IMG/VR virus record: IMGVR_UViG_3300043447_000083
Span: 1-33,570 of that record
Direction: 5' to 3' (one strand)
DNA: 33,570 nucleotides
Source of the DNA: a virus
Taxonomy: Duplodnaviria > Caudoviricetes
Positions 24,906-33,570 of the stretch are shown piece after piece. The first letter of the stretch is position 1, and each line of letters starts with the position of its first letter. Below the pieces are notes generated by a model. That model did not search any database, was not told the DNA's origin, and was given only the letters and a program-made list of their open reading frames with translations. The translations under genes were made by a program, and so were the position numbers.

Positions 24906-25523
24906 TTATTTTGAAAAAATTCTGTTAAATACCGCATCTTCAATAGATGAAGTTCTGTTTTTACCTATTTTAAACATTTGCTTTGGAGCGTTTGCTTCCG
25001 GATTGTGTGCCAAAGGTTGAGCACCTTCTTCGATAGAAGACATTTCAACTTTTAAAGACTCATTTTCCGCTTTTAATGCTTCATTCTCTTGCTTGATTAA
25101 TGAGAACTCTTGACGTAATTTGTCAATCTCAGCAAAGAAAGTTTCCTTAGAAACTGATTCTACAATACGCTTAGCCTTTGGAGCTTCAGCTGACATTTCA
25201 GGAGCTACAACTTCTTGTGGCATAGGCTCACCAGCTTCCGCTTGAGGATGGTCTCCCTCTGGCATTACTTCTTCTTGAGCTTCTTCCATAATCTCTTTGA
25301 TTACACCTTCAACTTCTACCACTAGAATAGTTCCATCTTCTAACTTGTACTCGCCTACTGGCATCGGCACAATACCGTCCGCCGTTACGATTCCTACCGA
25401 GTAATCCGGCTCAAATGATTCTGCTTCAATAACGGTAATTCCGTCTTCTAGCTTCATTTGTGCAAGCTTAACCTCCATAGAAAGAACAGCTTTAATCTTG
25501 TTTAACTTGTTCTTGTATTCCAT
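24906..25523 (-). CDS. Scaffold-like protein
   Basis: Very acidic, with a coiled coil near the C-terminus, immediately upstream of the capsid gene. Confidence 0.6.
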   Translation of the reverse strand: MEYKNKLNKIKAVLSMEVKLAQMKLEDGITVIEAESFEPDYSVGIVTADGIVPMPVGEYKLEDGTILVVEVEGVIKEIMEEAQEEVMPEGDHPQAEAGEPMPQEVVAPEMSAEAPKAKRIVESVSKETFFAEIDKLRQEFSLIKQENEALKAENESLKVEMSSIEEGAQPLAHNPEANAPKQMFKIGKNRTSSIEDAVFNRIFSK

Positions 25524-25543
25524 ATATTTATTTATTTGATTAA

Positions 25544-25726
25544 TTAACTTTCTCTTGTAATTACTCTAGGCTCATTTGTATTAATAATTACAGATGAACC
25601 TTGTGAAACTAAAGCACCAATTCCTTGATTAATTTCTTCACCTTTACAACAATCTTTAGAGTATGTCCCATCTTCGCATAAGCAAGCTCTTGAAGAATCT
25701 TGTGGACTTGTTTTTTTATTCGCCAT
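25544..25726 (-). CDS. 60-aa Cys-rich protein
   Basis: RACLCEDGTYSKDCCKG...QGIG; overlaps the protease stop. Confidence 0.6.
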   Translation of the reverse strand: MANKKTSPQDSSRACLCEDGTYSKDCCKGEEINQGIGALVSQGSSVIINTNEPRVITRES

Positions 25727-26297
25727 CTTTTAAAATATTTATGATTTGATTAATTAACTCCTCCTCTTCTAGCTCTTGTAAAGACATCTCTAACTTATCG
25801 GCAAAGTATCCCTCGATAGAAAAACCTTTATACTTGCCATCTTTAACTTGCTTCCAAACGTTTTCGTCTTCTATCTTCATAGAAATCATCCAAGTACCTT
25901 TAGGTAGTGAGAATCCGTATTGCTTAGATTTGTCCATGTCAGGATTATCAATAATCCAAGACTCGACAACTGTAGCACCATCAAATTTAGCCTTATGCTC
26001 AAGCGTTGCGTTTGATTGATTACCATTCTTTAGGAATAATTCGCTCGCTTGCTTTACCGTAGCCTCGCTAAAGAATACGTAGAACTCATCTTTTCCATTC
26101 TTACGATAGATTTGCTTGTTAGGAATTAAAGCAGCACCCATAAGGATACGCTTATCTGAATCTACTTCGGCTAAATCCATTTTGTAAGCCTTATTCAATG
26201 CGATAAAATTCTCCTCGATAGCCGGTGCATCTACCAAGCTTACCGCATCAATCCCATCTAAATCTTTCTCGATAACTAATTCGACAATTCTAAGCAT
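25716..26297 (-). CDS. XkdF-like putative prohead serine protease
   Basis: ATLEH, VESWI, PKGTW and VKDGKYKGFSIEG motifs. Confidence 0.8.
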   Translation of the reverse strand: MLRIVELVIEKDLDGIDAVSLVDAPAIEENFIALNKAYKMDLAEVDSDKRILMGAALIPNKQIYRKNGKDEFYVFFSEATVKQASELFLKNGNQSNATLEHKAKFDGATVVESWIIDNPDMDKSKQYGFSLPKGTWMISMKIEDENVWKQVKDGKYKGFSIEGYFADKLEMSLQELEEEELINQIINILKDGE

Positions 26298-26301
26298 ATC
26301 G

Positions 26302-26327
26302 TATAAACGTTTATATTTATTTTTGTT
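26302..26327 (-). promoter_or_regulatory. Candidate ECF-type late promoter
   Basis: AACAAAA...AACGTTTATA (AAC-N15-CGT), 4 nt from the ATG. Confidence 0.7.
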
Positions 26328-26338
26328 ACATTTTCAAA

Positions 26339-28300
26339 TTATCCAAGACTAGCCGAAGTAACAATATTTCTATTTAGCGCTTGTTGAGTTGTTACATCAC
26401 TAGCAACTACATAAGCTTTTAATGGTGCTTTATCTCCCCCTAAAGTTTGAGCTAATTGGTTTCCAGTTGCACTTGAATTACCTAATACATTAAATGAAGG
26501 AGCTTGAGGAGTAGATGCCATTGATGCGGAAGGTGCTCCTCCTCCTCCACCTCCACCACCTGGTACTTGAACAGATAAAATATCTTGTACATTCTTATAA
26601 CCAGCTGCTAAAGCTAAACCTGCATTTACTGGAGCTAAAAATGGGCCTACAAAAGGAATTCCTACCGTAGATTCATAGGCTTTTTGAGCTGAATTAATAG
26701 TGGATATTGTAGCACTTGCCACAGCTAAAGCTTTTCCGGCACTTGTTTCTTTTCCCAATAAAGCAGCTACATTACCTAAAGTGTCAGCAACGGCTAAAGC
26801 AGCTTCTCGTTTTGCATTAGATTCATCTTTAGCAATTTTTTTTCTAGCTTCAGAATTTTGCTTTTCAAAAGCAGTTTTTTCCTCTTCGCTTTTAAAAATA
26901 ATTTCATTTACTAGATTTTCTCTTTCTGAAATTGCAGCATATCTTGCATCAAAAGACAATTTTTCATTAGTCGCTTTTTCTAAATCTTTATCAGTTATTT
27001 TTTTTATTTGACGATTAGATTCATCAATTAAACCTTGTGTTTCTGCTTGCAATGCTAAAAAGTCTTTTTGAGCTTTTTCTATTCTTAATTTTTCTGCTGC
27101 ATCATCATATTTTTTAACAATATAAGCCTTATCATTTAAATAGGCCGCATCAACTTTACTAAAATCTTTATATCCTGCTTTTTTTAATTTAGCTATATCC
27201 TCATTATATTTTACTTCTCTGTTTTTTAATTCTTTATTTTTTTCATCTAATAAAGAAATTTCTGCATCTCTATTAATTTTATCAGCCTCTAATCTTGCTG
27301 CTTCAGATTCTTTTTTTATTCTATCTCGTTCTACTTGTGCTTCTTTTGCATCAGCATTAGCTTGGCGATTAAGCATTTTTCTTTGTTTATTTAACTTAAT
27401 GCCATTTCTAGCACCTTCTGCTTCAGCTTCATTTAAGGCTATTTGAGCATCTCTAACATCTTGAGTTAATTTTTTACCAGCTTCTCCTCCTAAAGTTTTT
27501 TGTTTTTCAGTTATAATACGTAAATCTTCTTTAGCAATTCTTACTCGTTCTGCACTTGCATCGTTTTCAGATTTTGTAACCTCATCTAGTGCTTTCTTTT
27601 TTGCTTTAATAGAAGCTGTTTCATCTGTCAATATATCTCGAGATTGAACTAATAATTTATTATTTTTAGATTCTTCAACTGCTGCAATTTTTCGTGCTTT
27701 ATCATTCTTTTGTTGAGCCTTCTCTAATTCATAAAACTTTTTATATGTAGTCGATGTAGCATCACCTAATTGTTTCATAGAAGTTTTAGCTTCTTTTGTA
27801 GCATCACTAAAAGATTCCATTGCCCCTGAAAAATCAAGTGTAACAAATTTGTAACCAGCTGCTACTAAATCAATAAATGCGCGACCTAATCCAAAAACTG
27901 CATCTTTGGCTTGAGTCATTACTCCTTCTAATCCTGCAAAAATTGCTTTTAATTCTTTACCTCCAGCAACTGAAGATTGAAATGCTTCATATAAGAATTT
28001 AAGAGCTACTACTATACCAGTAATTACTAAACCAATTGGATTAGCTACTAACTGATACATTTTAATTAATAGGCCATTACTTGCTTCAGTAGCTCCTTTT
28101 AATCCAGGAATGAGCTCATTAGCACCTTTTTTAAGAGCATCTAGTGCGCTTGAATTTCCACCTACCTCAGATAATTTTTGCCCTAATCCTCCAGCTTCAT
28201 TTTTAGCATCTTTTAGACTATTTTTTAAATCTCCTAAAACTTTTTCAGTATTTCCAGGACTTGTTTTAAGTACAAGTTCAACTACTTTTTGTTCAGCCAT
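26339..28300 (-). CDS. Tape measure protein
   Basis: 653 aa with ANPIGLVITGIVVAL, a long Ala/Lys/Glu coiled coil, a C-terminal hydrophobic hairpin and a Gly-rich tail. Confidence 0.85.
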   Translation of the reverse strand: MAEQKVVELVLKTSPGNTEKVLGDLKNSLKDAKNEAGGLGQKLSEVGGNSSALDALKKGANELIPGLKGATEASNGLLIKMYQLVANPIGLVITGIVVALKFLYEAFQSSVAGGKELKAIFAGLEGVMTQAKDAVFGLGRAFIDLVAAGYKFVTLDFSGAMESFSDATKEAKTSMKQLGDATSTTYKKFYELEKAQQKNDKARKIAAVEESKNNKLLVQSRDILTDETASIKAKKKALDEVTKSENDASAERVRIAKEDLRIITEKQKTLGGEAGKKLTQDVRDAQIALNEAEAEGARNGIKLNKQRKMLNRQANADAKEAQVERDRIKKESEAARLEADKINRDAEISLLDEKNKELKNREVKYNEDIAKLKKAGYKDFSKVDAAYLNDKAYIVKKYDDAAEKLRIEKAQKDFLALQAETQGLIDESNRQIKKITDKDLEKATNEKLSFDARYAAISERENLVNEIIFKSEEEKTAFEKQNSEARKKIAKDESNAKREAALAVADTLGNVAALLGKETSAGKALAVASATISTINSAQKAYESTVGIPFVGPFLAPVNAGLALAAGYKNVQDILSVQVPGGGGGGGGAPSASMASTPQAPSFNVLGNSSATGNQLAQTLGGDKAPLKAYVVASDVTTQQALNRNIVTSASLG

Positions 28301-28437
28301 TTTATTACTCTTTTAATATGTTCAAATCCTGTTTTAAAATCTTTAGGTAATTCATTTTTACCTTTTGCTATTTCTATTAACTCATTTTGCCCATAATGGT
28401 CTAATGAGTTTAATAAATCTAATATTTGCTTTATCAT
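28282..28437 (-). CDS. 51-aa hypothetical protein
   Basis: MIKQILDLLNSLDHYGQNELIEIAKGKNELP...; ATGA-coupled to the upstream gene and overlaps the TMP start. Confidence 0.6.
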   Translation of the reverse strand: MIKQILDLLNSLDHYGQNELIEIAKGKNELPKDFKTGFEHIKRVIKWLNKK

Positions 28438-30434
28438 ATTGTTCTAAAATCGGTTAGTAATTCAAATTGAACCTCACCACTTGTTAAATCGGTAGTAAAT
28501 TGATTAATAGTATAACGCTTATCTCTTATAATTACCCTATCATTTACTTTTAAATTAGTTAATAGGCTAATTGGTAACATAGCTTTCACCTTCATAATCC
28601 TAGACTTTATGCCAAAAATATTATTAAGGTAATTAGAATAGTAATTATTAAATAATGATTGATTCTCTACGTTACCTGTGTATGTAGATTGTTCAGCTCC
28701 GAAGTTTAACGTATAATCTACTGAACTTATTGAAGTATCTTGTCCAAAGATATTAGCTAAAGTTTGTGTAGTCGTAGAAGTTCCATCGTTAAATTTATAA
28801 GATGATACAGTCTGAGTAGAGCCAAAATCGTAAAGAATAACTGGTTTAGGAATATAAGGTATAAAACTAGGCTTTAAAGAATATCCTACTTGTAAATTAG
28901 TCCCACTAAATTTATTATGAAGCATTGTTTCAAATGGCAATTCTACACTATATTCTTCTCCGTCGTTATTAAGTTCATAGTATAAATCACCATAAGGAAC
29001 TTTTGAACGTGACATAAATTCAACGTTTAAAAAAGAATCAGCTTGTTGATATTTAAAGTTTACTTTCTTATAAGCTTTTGAGCGTTCAATATCAAATACA
29101 TCGTTTATAATATATTGAGTTATATCTCGTGTAGTTCCATTTGCATACCATCCCTCTAATTGTTCTATTTTATAAATTCCTAGAGTATCAGAATAGCACG
29201 TTAAATTAAATATCTTTAAAATACCACTAAAAAATTCTTCAATGGTCATCTCTGGCATATACTGAGAAATACTCATTGTAGTAGTGGTAGTCTGCGTAGT
29301 ACTTTGAGTTACCGTTAAATCGGTCATTTTAGTATATGTAGAACCTACCGTTTTACCAGTCTCATAGTAATAAACTGAAGTAAAAGAAATAGCAGCTGTA
29401 GAGGCAATATAAAAAGTATAAGACCCAGATTCTCCTAAAGGTACTTCTAAATACATTGGTGAAGTTTGAGTTAAATAACTTTGTGTATTAACTACAACCC
29501 CATCTTTATAAACATAAAAGAAAAACTCTTGTGCATTTTGTCCAATACTAGGAACGCTAAAACTAATAGTAATATGTGATTGAGATAAATACTCAGGACT
29601 TGTAGGCTTTGTATAAGTAAGCGTATCACTATATATATTGAAAATACCTTGCGTTCCGGTAGTTGAAGTATTTGTTTGAAAGTTTAGCTTATTAGCTACG
29701 GTTTTCAATTCAAATAAATCACTATTTTTTAACCATAAGAATGCTCTAGTAAATCTTGAATCACTTAGGAAATCACCTTGAAAAGTTACTCCAAGAGTCG
29801 AGGCAATAGCATCAAAAACTTTCTTAATTCTTATAGCTGGGAATAAATCATTATAATATATTGGTGTAGCACTATTAGAGATGTCCCAATTATTAGTCGT
29901 TACTCCTCCTCCTCCATATTGCCATACATTCTTTGAAGAAATTAATGGAAACATAACGTCATTACCCGCACCTCCAATAACTCTATTTTTAACTACGTTA
30001 CCAGTATAGGTAAAATTTAAAGTTGATAAGTCTAAGTCCTTAAGAAATTTACCTCCAAACGAATCTTTTAAAGATACTAAAGCACCAAAGAAAGTAATTT
30101 GATAATTATCTATTTGCCCATTCTTATAACTTGCTTTCTCAAGTTGAACTTTACCTTTACGAAATGGAGAATAATCTAACTCTATGAACGCATCCTTTCT
30201 CGTTCTAGCATCGAATCCATTATCTACCGAGTTCTCATACCAATGCTTGAAAATTCGGTTGTTATATGGAGTTGCCGGAATAGTAAAAGACTGGCTAAAA
30301 TCCGTAAAGACTTTAGATATATCGTTTACATTTTGAACGCTTGATGTAACGCTAATAGTTTCATCCGAAAAGAGTTCTATTCTTTGAGGCTCACCACTAG
30401 CATCGTCATAAATATAAAGAAGTACGTTAATCAT
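28434..30434 (-). CDS. Tail tip/hub-like virion protein
   Basis: 666 aa, beta-rich (FSQSFTIPAT..NN.IF), with a Thr/Ser-rich central domain, in the tail module. Confidence 0.65.
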   Translation of the reverse strand: MINVLLYIYDDASGEPQRIELFSDETISVTSSVQNVNDISKVFTDFSQSFTIPATPYNNRIFKHWYENSVDNGFDARTRKDAFIELDYSPFRKGKVQLEKASYKNGQIDNYQITFFGALVSLKDSFGGKFLKDLDLSTLNFTYTGNVVKNRVIGGAGNDVMFPLISSKNVWQYGGGGVTTNNWDISNSATPIYYNDLFPAIRIKKVFDAIASTLGVTFQGDFLSDSRFTRAFLWLKNSDLFELKTVANKLNFQTNTSTTGTQGIFNIYSDTLTYTKPTSPEYLSQSHITISFSVPSIGQNAQEFFFYVYKDGVVVNTQSYLTQTSPMYLEVPLGESGSYTFYIASTAAISFTSVYYYETGKTVGSTYTKMTDLTVTQSTTQTTTTTMSISQYMPEMTIEEFFSGILKIFNLTCYSDTLGIYKIEQLEGWYANGTTRDITQYIINDVFDIERSKAYKKVNFKYQQADSFLNVEFMSRSKVPYGDLYYELNNDGEEYSVELPFETMLHNKFSGTNLQVGYSLKPSFIPYIPKPVILYDFGSTQTVSSYKFNDGTSTTTQTLANIFGQDTSISSVDYTLNFGAEQSTYTGNVENQSLFNNYYSNYLNNIFGIKSRIMKVKAMLPISLLTNLKVNDRVIIRDKRYTINQFTTDLTSGEVQFELLTDFRTI

Positions 30435-31501
30435 TAAACTACATTATTAATAAGTGAGAAAGCATAATCAAACGTAATTTCGTAATTAATGTTTCTATCC
30501 TTTAGGCTAGTCTTTAAATCGGTAGCCGTAGTTTTTACTTCCACCGGCACTCCATCTAAAAGAATCGTCTCGGCAAGAAGTAAGTCTTGAATCAATTCAT
30601 TATAATTCTCTGGAATCCAACCCGTGTTTAATCGGATGCTTTGGTTTCCGTTAATATTGAAAGATTTTGTTTCCGCTCTATTTACGTTGTAATCTACCGC
30701 ATCAGGTAATAGCTTAAACGTAGTTCCAATCGTTTGAATGCTATTCGTTTGTGCCTTAAAGAATGTCAAGAATTGCCATCCACCAAAACGATTAATAAAC
30801 TGGCATACGATAGGATTATACTTAGGCTCACAAATAGGCATAATGTTGATAGTAACGCTTTTGTCTATATATTCTCCGGTAGGCTTCCAATTAATGGTAC
30901 AAGTGTTACCCTTATCGTACTTAATTGAAGACGTTCTTAATGGCACTTTGTAAAGCTTCGCTCCATCTCTTGTGATAGTGTTTACAACCTCGTTACGACC
31001 TCTCAAATCTTTGTATGATATGGTAAGCGTAGCCGGGCTAGAATTATTTGCCCAAACATTAACGTAAGGATAGTCCGTAATTCCCTCCTCGTAGCGATAC
31101 TCTAGGCTAGTGTTTGCTAATACAAAAATATCGGCGGTAGAGCCTGATTGATTGTAACCACCCGAGTAGTTAGTATATCCTCCGGTTGAATAATAAGTAG
31201 TAGTGTCTAGTAAAGTATATGTGCCTAGAGTAGCCTCTTTGTATCGCTTAACTTCTACTAGCGCAAGCATTGAGTCTGTATTGTCGCTAGGTGTAATCGC
31301 CTCAATATATTCCTTTACGTAAGGCGCAATATTGTAGACATTCTTTCTATTTGTTGTAGAAGCAATAGATTTAGTAAAAGTATAGGTAGGGTTAGTCGGC
31401 TTAGTATCTGGATTATTCCAAATATGAAGCTCAATCTTTGAGCCTAACTGACTTGTCTCGTTTACCTCAATAAAGTAAGGACTTCTAGCGTAGATTATCA
31501 T
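30434..31501 (-). CDS. Virion tail protein (Dit-like candidate), copy B
   Basis: 355 aa; homologue of 703-1779. Confidence 0.55.
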   Translation of the reverse strand: MIIYARSPYFIEVNETSQLGSKIELHIWNNPDTKPTNPTYTFTKSIASTTNRKNVYNIAPYVKEYIEAITPSDNTDSMLALVEVKRYKEATLGTYTLLDTTTYYSTGGYTNYSGGYNQSGSTADIFVLANTSLEYRYEEGITDYPYVNVWANNSSPATLTISYKDLRGRNEVVNTITRDGAKLYKVPLRTSSIKYDKGNTCTINWKPTGEYIDKSVTINIMPICEPKYNPIVCQFINRFGGWQFLTFFKAQTNSIQTIGTTFKLLPDAVDYNVNRAETKSFNINGNQSIRLNTGWIPENYNELIQDLLLAETILLDGVPVEVKTTATDLKTSLKDRNINYEITFDYAFSLINNVV

Positions 31502-32034
31502 TTTCTATTTTCTAATTTATAACTAACAAGCGTGTCTATATCCGCTTTAAATGCTTTAATCAATTCCTTGCCTAAATACCTATCCTTTGCAACCTCAAAA
31601 GGTTTAGTAAAGAATAAGCTAGGTCGTATTCCGGTTTGGTAAATACTTCTAGTAATAATAAAAGCCGTAGATTGATAGCTCAAAAACTTACCGCTCTTTT
31701 TATCTCTAAATTGTATTCCTTTTTGTCTAACCCACTTGTCTATGCCTTCGGTTAATCCTCCCTTTCTGCCTTTACCACTACCAAATTTAAACGGACTATT
31801 AGGAGCTTTTGCACTCTTCGATTTACCTCTAACCCCTTGGTCTTGGTAAGCCCCATAGTCTTCCATAAAGAAGTTAATTAAGGAGTAGTTATCTTCCTTT
31901 AATACTTCGCTACTAATGCTATTGTAAAGCTTGCTAGAGACGTTCTTTCCGCCCTTAGTTAGGTTACTTCGTGATTGTTGAATAACGTAGCTCCTAAACT
32001 TTTTAATTAAATCGTCTACGTTCTTTAATTCCAT
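31498..32034 (-). CDS. Neck/tail-completion-like protein, copy B
   Basis: Homologue of 1776-2309; start MELK at 32034 (TAATG overlap). Confidence 0.5.
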   Translation of the reverse strand: MELKNVDDLIKKFRSYVIQQSRSNLTKGGKNVSSKLYNSISSEVLKEDNYSLINFFMEDYGAYQDQGVRGKSKSAKAPNSPFKFGSGKGRKGGLTEGIDKWVRQKGIQFRDKKSGKFLSYQSTAFIITRSIYQTGIRPSLFFTKPFEVAKDRYLGKELIKAFKADIDTLVSYKLENRK

Positions 32035-32489
32035 TAGCAAATAGTCATATCGTTTGGAGTTATAACGTCAAACGTTAATGTCCATCCAGCCACTTTGTTT
32101 TCAAATCTATCGGTAAACGGTTCCGCATTCGGTGCCGATTCGACTTGCACTAGATTAGTAAATAATGAGCCTCTCATTAAGTCGGAACTTAATTTAGAAG
32201 CTAAAGCTAGCTGCGTGTTTAAAACATCTTGTTCATTATCATTCCCTACCCATACATCGGTTACCGATTCCTTGCTCTCGTCCACTATATCCATGAATAG
32301 AATCGAGATATTTAAAGACGTAGTATTCTCCCCTAGTTGAGCATTGTTTATAATGATATGAGACAAAGGAAAAATCGTTTGTTTGTTCAAGTCCACTTTA
32401 AAGATATCCCCAATAGTTACCGTATTAATAAAATCGGTATTTTTTAGGTAATCCTTTATCGTATTTACTACGTAATAATATCCGTTCAT
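32034..32489 (-). CDS. Tail terminator/completion-like protein, copy B
   Basis: Homologue of 2310-2765. Confidence 0.5.
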   Translation of the reverse strand: MNGYYYVVNTIKDYLKNTDFINTVTIGDIFKVDLNKQTIFPLSHIIINNAQLGENTTSLNISILFMDIVDESKESVTDVWVGNDNEQDVLNTQLALASKLSSDLMRGSLFTNLVQVESAPNAEPFTDRFENKVAGWTLTFDVITPNDMTIC

Positions 32490-33231
32490 TATTTTTGATT
32501 TTTAATCATTCTCATTTCTAAATTATTCTTTTGCTTTTCAAAGGTTAAGAACATTAAGCATTGATGTAGGGTAAGTTTTGAAATTTCATCAAATCTTCTA
32601 ACATCTCCTTGAGAGAGAGCATAGAGAGAGCTATACCATCCCCACCTTTTTCCAAATTGTGCTTGTTCACTATATCCGTTATCTTCGGATTCTCCTCCAA
32701 ATAGGTCAGCGTACTTTTCAACAATTCGTTGCCTAAATGATAAAAAAAAACCATCGCTCCTAAAACTACATCAAGTGGTGCGTGTTTCATAACATCCGCA
32801 TAAGTTAGAGAACCTTTGTACTCCTCTATCGTGTATCTATCTCCCATCTTATTAGTAATCGGTCTAAATAACACCGCCATAGCTTTGTGCATCTCGTCCC
32901 AATCGGTAATATAGGTGTCTAAATCAACATACTCGCCTTGAGTCATATCGTCTAGGTTAGGAATAAATCCGAACTCCGCTCCCCCTAATTTAAAGCGTGG
33001 AATAAACTTATGATTTGTATTAAATAACGTACCTAAATTGCTAGTAATTTCATTTACGTCCTTACGTTTAATACTTGCTACGTCCTTCAAATCAATTCCA
33101 CAAAATATCTGCACCATCTTTTGATGCAAAAACTCGCTTTCTTCATTTTCCTTAGCAATCTTTAGAAATTTTTGATATTGAGATAGCTTAATTTCTTTGA
33201 GTTGCGTAGGAATATTTAATTCTAGCTTCAT
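32489..33231 (-). CDS. Predicted -1 frameshift product (~247 aa), copy B
   Basis: T9 at 32742-32750. The -1 frame FLSFRQRIVEKYADLFGG...FGKRWGWYSSLYALSQGDVRRFDEI...IKNQK stops at a TAATG overlap. Confidence 0.75.
32554..33231 (-). CDS. Tail assembly chaperone-like protein (G form), copy B
   Basis: Homologue of 2830-3507. Confidence 0.65.
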   Translation of the reverse strand: MKLELNIPTQLKEIKLSQYQKFLKIAKENEESEFLHQKMVQIFCGIDLKDVASIKRKDVNEITSNLGTLFNTNHKFIPRFKLGGAEFGFIPNLDDMTQGEYVDLDTYITDWDEMHKAMAVLFRPITNKMGDRYTIEEYKGSLTYADVMKHAPLDVVLGAMVFFYHLGNELLKSTLTYLEENPKITDIVNKHNLEKGGDGIALSMLSLKEMLEDLMKFQNLPYINA

Positions 33232-33235
33232 AATG

Positions 33236-33262
33236 TATAAACGTTATTTGTTGTTTTTTGTA
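33236..33262 (-). promoter_or_regulatory. Candidate ECF-type late promoter (identical to 3512-3538)
   Basis: The intergenic sequence is unchanged between copies although the flanking codons differ. Confidence 0.7.
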
Positions 33263-33570
33263 TTAGTAGACGAAATACTTTCCACTATTGGGATTTGAAA
33301 GTTGATAGAAGACGTTGTAACGTATGGCATCGATGGCATGGTTAAAGTTATCGACCACAAGTCCGGACTTTTTATCCGAGTAGATGTAGTTATTAAGTTC
33401 TTTTCCAATGTTTTGGGAGTTAGGTTCTATGATTAATTCGTAGTCTTGCATAAGTGCTAGACCAGCGGTAATACTACCCGCTCCTTTTTCAGTAGGCACT
33501 ATATTACATCCTTGCGATTGAAGCTCGGCTATAAGTCTTGGCTCTGCACTATCTGCTACTATCAAACTTT
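33263..33570 (-). CDS. terL: Terminase large subunit, 3' part (truncated by window end)
   Basis: Matches the C-terminus of 3539-4750 with one V/I change. Confidence 0.95.
   Translation of the reverse strand, partial: SLIVADSAEPRLIAELQSQGCNIVPTEKGAGSITAGLALMQDYELIIEPNSQNIGKELNNYIYSDKKSGLVVDNFNHAIDAIRYNVFYQLSNPNSGKYFVY

Larger units (their letters stand above)
29717..33570. repeat. Diverged direct repeat, copy B (partner 1-3846)
   Basis: See copy A. Confidence 0.97.

Noticed and set aside
26536-26561. cct/cca trinucleotide run
   Set aside because: It simply encodes the poly-Gly linker of the tape measure protein.
2512-32340. All plus-strand ORFs in the supplied track (2512, 3113, 4660, 5793, 11753, 25834, 26700, 28110, 30734, 30738, 32095)
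   Set aside because: They are short antisense shadows of well-supported minus-strand genes, with no motifs, and most begin at non-ATG codons.
1-33570. Biological terminal repeats, a DGR template/variable pair or an invertible tail cassette as the explanation of the duplication
   Set aside because: Terminal redundancy would be identical. There is no reverse transcriptase or invertase, the changes are not adenine-specific and the copies are in direct orientation.

Overview
The window is essentially one complete genome of a small, AT-rich tailed dsDNA phage, probably a siphovirus. The unit length is about 29,724 bp (3847-33570), preceded by a diverged second copy of 3.8 kb of it. Every credible gene is on the minus strand. 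Several TAnnTTTG -7 promoter elements point to a Bacteroidota (Flavobacteriia-like) host. In transcription order (high to low coordinates) the genes are: tail-chaperone/neck/tail module, tape measure, prohead protease, scaffold, major capsid, tail tube, portal, adaptor, tail fibre, HNH, lysis cassette and metallophosphoesterase. After a terminator come the early genes (ERF recombinase, SSB-like protein, replication initiator with iterons, DNA methyltransferase, RusA), a tRNA-like RNA, an ECF-like sigma factor and the terminase. Positions 1-3846 are a diverged second copy of 29717-33570. Only the last 127 bp are identical, which looks like a k=127 assembly junction between two strains. I recognised no integrase, CI-type repressor or DNA polymerase. 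The most interesting signals are non-coding or recoding. (1) A candidate ~80-nt antisense sRNA is complementary to the translation-initiation regions of three early genes. (2) A kissing-loop/terminator RNA sits in front of the replication initiator. (3) A tRNA scaffold carries an aberrant anticodon region. (4) A phage sigma factor matches ECF-type late promoters that are mostly leaderless. (5) A -1 frameshift has a ~190-nt dual-coding overlap conserved in both copies. All family assignments are from motif recognition by eye, not database searches.
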